DNA of 25,541 nucleotides from a virus. Taxonomy: Duplodnaviria > Caudoviricetes. Position 1 is the stretch's first letter, and each line of letters opens with the position of its first letter. Under the pieces are notes generated by a model. It made no database searches. It had not been told where the DNA came from and was given only the letters and a program-made list of their open reading frames with translations. This document shows positions 22,506 through 25,541 of the stretch, piece after piece. A program made the position numbers and the translations under genes. The stretch lies in IMG/VR virus record IMGVR_UViG_3300017987_000334, positions 1 through 25,541 of that record. One strand, given 5' to 3'.

Positions 22506-24937
22506 TGCACCATCTCCTGCTGACTGCGTTTGCCCATGCTAAATAAAATATCTTCCTTCGTTAAAGACGCCGCGCCTTCACCGAAGCTCACATTAAGTAG
22601 ACCACGGACCTGTTTTACTTTGCCACCGACCTCTACCCTTCTTCTAACTGCTCTGCTGTCAAAATCAGGGAGTAGTATTTTTAATTTTTTTGTAAATGCG
22701 TCGTAGCTTTTTGGCTGCTCATAGTTGTTTATCATGTCATTTTTGTAGCCCTGGTAAATATCGGAGCTTGGCACGAAGTTATCAATTTCTTTATCCTCAA
22801 CGGGAAAAGCCTTGACATTATTTTTTATCCATGCTCGTAGGGTGTCGGTCATATCTATGTACTCTTCAACTGTTGCGTTGATCGTTTCACACTCGGTAAA
22901 CCCACTTTGTCTTGTCAAGTCTTTATACCCACGCATACACAGATTAAAAATCCCTGGCAATTCGCCAAGAAGCTTTTGCTCGATGTGTGGGTCAAAGTCT
23001 TTGTCAGTTTTTTTAAACGTGGCGTTAAACGGCACGATGATAAGACGGCGGTAGAACCCATAGCTTGTGTCAAGGGCCTTGGGCAGTGTGTTACAGCTAA
23101 ATATCAATTTGGCACTGTTCTTTATGAAGTAGGGCTCTTTATACGGGCCACGGACCTGCATTTCGCCGCCAGCCACCAGGGTTTTGAAAAGGGAATCATC
23201 CATCAGAGCTTTGGTTGGCGTTTCCTCGGAGAAATTGAAAAGTTTACCTTCGAAGATTTGACGATTGTACTCGGACCTGTTGAGGTCATCGATGGTTAGT
23301 GATGAATAATTCCCTTTTCCTGCCAACTCTTTGAGTACACTGATAAGTGTTGACTTTCCATTGCTTCCATGCCCTACCATCAGCAGAGCTTTTTGTGTCC
23401 AGCATTCATCGCTGCTGAGGCTGTACCCCATATATTCGAGCAGCACTTTCTGCATATCGGTATTACCTTGTGTTATCCGACTGAGCATAGCTGTGAAAAG
23501 CGGGGCTTTGGCCGTCGGGTCGTAGTTATAGGGCAGGACGTACCTAAACCCACACTCTCTGGAGTGAGGCATAAAATCCCACGTATTTAGGTCTAGAACC
23601 CCGTTTTGAAAATTCATCTTACGAGTTGTGGTATCCTTGAACCATTCAACAGCGGTCAAATTTGTGCGCATGACAAGCGATTTGAACTCGCTTATCTTTG
23701 TGTTGTTCGCCTGTGGGTCAAAGTTGTCTTGCGCAAACTGCTCGATGAAGGCATTTTCCATATATTTGTATTGCCGCCCGTCCCAGACGTGTACCATGCG
23801 CGAGCCGCCGAGCCCTTTATAGTTGTATTGGACCTCGAAGAATTTACGAAGATCTTCGTAGCACGGCACTGGCTTACCTGGCACGCCACTTGCAGTGAAC
23901 GGCACGAAGTGAAAGCCGGTGAACTCGGTTGGTATATGATTTTCGCCCCGAAGCATGATTGGGCTCTTGACTTTTTCAAAGTTCTCGCATTTACGGCACC
24001 CAGACCAGTAGGCATTGATATTTTCGCACGTGCGCGGCCCGCTGGCCTCTAGCGCCTGGTCTATTTTGATTTCTGTTTCTTCATGCGTGTACCCTGGGTG
24101 TTCTTCGCTCATTTCATGGCACAGCTTATCACCGCCTTCCATCCTTCCAACAATGGAGAGCATGCAGTACCACTGGGGCTCGTTAACTTCACCCTGGTGA
24201 TCTTTGCACCACTTTAGAAAGTCACACCCTGAAAGGATTGCTTCCCTGTCCGTGCGAGGGTAACGCCTCATGTAGTCCTTGGGCACTTGTTCGGCTACAG
24301 GTACTTCGGGCAGGCCAGAAAGTTTCGTTATGTCTAGACTTACTGGCTCAATTTTGTGCTGTAGTATTCTTGCTTGTTTATTTTCTTTGTTTGGTTTTCG
24401 ATTCTCTGTGTTTGGCAAGCGAAGTATTCGGCGATGATCGAACATGGCGCGATCCATCGTTTCTTTTTTCTCGCAGGGAAGGCCAGCTTCTTTGAATTTT
24501 TTATCTATGTCTGCGCAGATGCCTTTGTAGTGGTGGCGGTTGTTTTTAAAGTAGTCTTGTTTTGTGATCTTCTTTTTTAGACCAACGAGTATGTGCACGC
24601 CATTTCCCGACAGCACAATGCCAGTGCTATCGCGTTTAAGACCGAGGTGATCGAGCACGATCTTGATGTACTCTTCGTGCCTTGCAACATCTATGCCATC
24701 AAGGTCAAAAGGCATGATGCTTTGGGACTCAAATTTTCGTTTTCCATCCCCACAGTTTGCCACCGTGTAGAATATGTTCCACCTCTCCTTTGTTGGGATG
24801 GCATCGACGTACTTGTCTATGTCGCTAAGGAGCACCGCTAGTGAAGGGGCTCTCCAATTTTTATCGTAGAAAGCGTCGTACTTTTTCGTCTCACCTTTAT
24901 CGTTCACAAAAGATCGGATACCAAGAATTTGTATCAT
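22502..24937 (-). CDS. Primase-helicase: AEP (prim-pol) domain, Cys-rich helical domain, D5_N, SF3 helicase (P4 alpha/D5-like)
   Basis: AEP motifs FDLDG, SGNGVH and DHRRILRLPNT. D5-type MNFQNGVLDL. Walker A GHGSNGKS, FSEE, LIFSCNTLP and GFYRRLIIVPFNATF. Start moved from TTG 24973 to ATG 24937 (GAAGG-7 nt-ATG, downstream of the promoter). Confidence 0.93.
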   Translation of the reverse strand: MIQILGIRSFVNDKGETKKYDAFYDKNWRAPSLAVLLSDIDKYVDAIPTKERWNIFYTVANCGDGKRKFESQSIMPFDLDGIDVARHEEYIKIVLDHLGLKRDSTGIVLSGNGVHILVGLKKKITKQDYFKNNRHHYKGICADIDKKFKEAGLPCEKKETMDRAMFDHRRILRLPNTENRKPNKENKQARILQHKIEPVSLDITKLSGLPEVPVAEQVPKDYMRRYPRTDREAILSGCDFLKWCKDHQGEVNEPQWYCMLSIVGRMEGGDKLCHEMSEEHPGYTHEETEIKIDQALEASGPRTCENINAYWSGCRKCENFEKVKSPIMLRGENHIPTEFTGFHFVPFTASGVPGKPVPCYEDLRKFFEVQYNYKGLGGSRMVHVWDGRQYKYMENAFIEQFAQDNFDPQANNTKISEFKSLVMRTNLTAVEWFKDTTTRKMNFQNGVLDLNTWDFMPHSRECGFRYVLPYNYDPTAKAPLFTAMLSRITQGNTDMQKVLLEYMGYSLSSDECWTQKALLMVGHGSNGKSTLISVLKELAGKGNYSSLTIDDLNRSEYNRQIFEGKLFNFSEETPTKALMDDSLFKTLVAGGEMQVRGPYKEPYFIKNSAKLIFSCNTLPKALDTSYGFYRRLIIVPFNATFKKTDKDFDPHIEQKLLGELPGIFNLCMRGYKDLTRQSGFTECETINATVEEYIDMTDTLRAWIKNNVKAFPVEDKEIDNFVPSSDIYQGYKNDMINNYEQPKSYDAFTKKLKILLPDFDSRAVRRRVEVGGKVKQVRGLLNVSFGEGAASLTKEDILFSMGKRSQQEMVQ

Positions 24938-24972
24938 GTGTGTGCCTTCAAGCTGAATGTTAAGTGAAGCCA

Positions 24973-25001
24973 AGTCTGCTTATTTCCTCGCAGTCTGTCA
25001 A
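24973..25001 (-). promoter_or_regulatory. Putative sigma70 promoter for the primase operon
   Basis: Minus strand TTGACA (25001-24996)-17 bp-CAGACT (24978-24973). Confidence 0.55.
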
Positions 25002-25037
25002 GCGCAAACAAAAATGATTGCATTTTTATTTTTGTGC

Positions 25038-25066
25038 TTGCACTCGTGCTATTCTTCTGTTAGCTT
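25038..25066 (+). promoter_or_regulatory. Putative divergent sigma70 promoter
   Basis: TTGCAC (25038-25043)-17 bp-TAGCTT (25061-25066) with a TG extended -10 and a T-rich upstream tract. Confidence 0.5.
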
Positions 25067-25148
25067 TCTGGCATCTTGGCGCTGCGTTATCGCCGCAACA
25101 AAACTGCTTGACAATTGGAGACGGCTATGAGTCGAAAGAGGAATGATA

Positions 25149-25421
25149 ATGCTCTCACAAAATGACAGCTCTAAAATTTCGCTGCTTATTAAAGCAAGGC
25201 TGGCAGAGCTTGATGAAATGATTAGTGGCGAGCGCCTTTCACTTAGCTCTGCTGATTGTGGGATATGTCGCCATATGCGAGAGCACCATGACATCCAGTT
25301 TTCTACAAGAGCCCACTGTGTAGATTGTCCGCTAGATCGGTGTATGTCTGATGAAGCTAGTCAGCGAAGATCTAATCTTTATCACAACGATTATCTTACC
25401 TCTTTGGAGCTAGTAACATAA
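25149..25421 (+). CDS. Small Cys-rich putative metal-binding protein
   Basis: DCGIC...HCVDCPLDRC. ATG 25149 is 7 nt after GAGG, whereas the tracked ATG 25143 is too close to the RBS. Confidence 0.65.
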   Translation: MLSQNDSSKISLLIKARLAELDEMISGERLSLSSADCGICRHMREHHDIQFSTRAHCVDCPLDRCMSDEASQRRSNLYHNDYLTSLELVT

Positions 25422-25461
25422 TTTGCCAAATGACTTGTGATGTTAAGGCTTGGAGTAAGTA

Positions 25462-25541
25462 TTGAACCTAACCAAACAACATTTGATCATCTACAGCCTT
25501 CTAGCAATCATCTGTATGCTGATCGGAGCCTTGTTGCGGCA
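25462..25541 (+). CDS. Membrane or exported protein, 3' end outside the window
   Basis: GGAG-6 nt-TTG, then MNLTKQHLIIYSLLAIICMLIGALLR open to the window edge. Confidence 0.5.
   Translation, partial: MNLTKQHLIIYSLLAIICMLIGALLR

Larger units (their letters stand above)
1..25541 (-). mobile_element. Segment of a siphovirus-like tailed phage or prophage (replication, packaging, head and tail modules)
   Basis: Canonical collinear order terS-terL-portal-protease-capsid-neck-tube-chaperones-tape measure-tail tip. Genes are tightly coupled, there is no sheath gene and no host housekeeping gene. No att site or integrase in the window, so free phage versus prophage is unresolved. Confidence 0.97.

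Noticed and set aside
7388-23822. Short alternative-frame minus-strand ORFs (7388..7615, 9279..9521, 11242..11466, 12185..12457, 12461..12643, 13622..13888, 19198..19398, 20299..20550, 22181..22378)
   Set aside because: They overlap better-supported genes almost entirely and show no protein-like signatures.
224-24841. Many plus-strand ORFs of 60-155 aa in the track (e.g. 224..415, 3482..3892, 10087..10554, 23606..24052)
   Set aside because: They are antisense shadows of well-supported minus-strand genes, with no recognisable motifs.
25108-25113. Perfect TTGACA on the plus strand
   Set aside because: No acceptable -10 hexamer 16-18 bp downstream.
25049-25294. 81 aa minus-strand ORF upstream of the primase
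   Set aside because: Antisense to the Cys-motif gene, runs over the promoter region, and is Ser-rich with no recognisable features.
1-25541. Stop-codon reassignment, introns or inteins
   Set aside because: All core genes are intact and tightly packed in the standard code, TAA, TAG and TGA are all used as stops, and no intein-sized inserts appear in terL or the helicase.

Overview
The window is a continuous piece of a tailed dsDNA phage or prophage with an HK97-fold head and a long non-contractile (siphovirus-like) tail. Almost all genes are on the minus strand. In transcription order they are: an AEP-primase/SF3(D5) helicase; two small genes; a ~760 bp non-coding region with a symmetric iteron array (probable replication origin); an unknown gene and an RHH gene; a signal-peptide protein; terS; terL; a portal-MuF fusion; a prohead protease with a probable nested scaffold start; major capsid; neck genes; two more signal-peptide paralogues; a tail tube protein with inserted domains; tail chaperones joined by a -1 frameshift; tape measure; a GMQ-repeat distal-tail-like protein; and a tail tip/hub gene that is cut by the window edge and missing from the ORF track. 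A divergent plus-strand unit starts at the right end. The most unusual feature is three small beta-rich proteins with Sec-type signal peptides, two clearly paralogous and Cys-rich, embedded in the virion morphogenesis operon although virions assemble in the cytoplasm. No integrase, lysis genes, tRNA, rRNA or CRISPR are visible and the host cannot be determined. All product calls come from motif recognition and gene order, not database searches.
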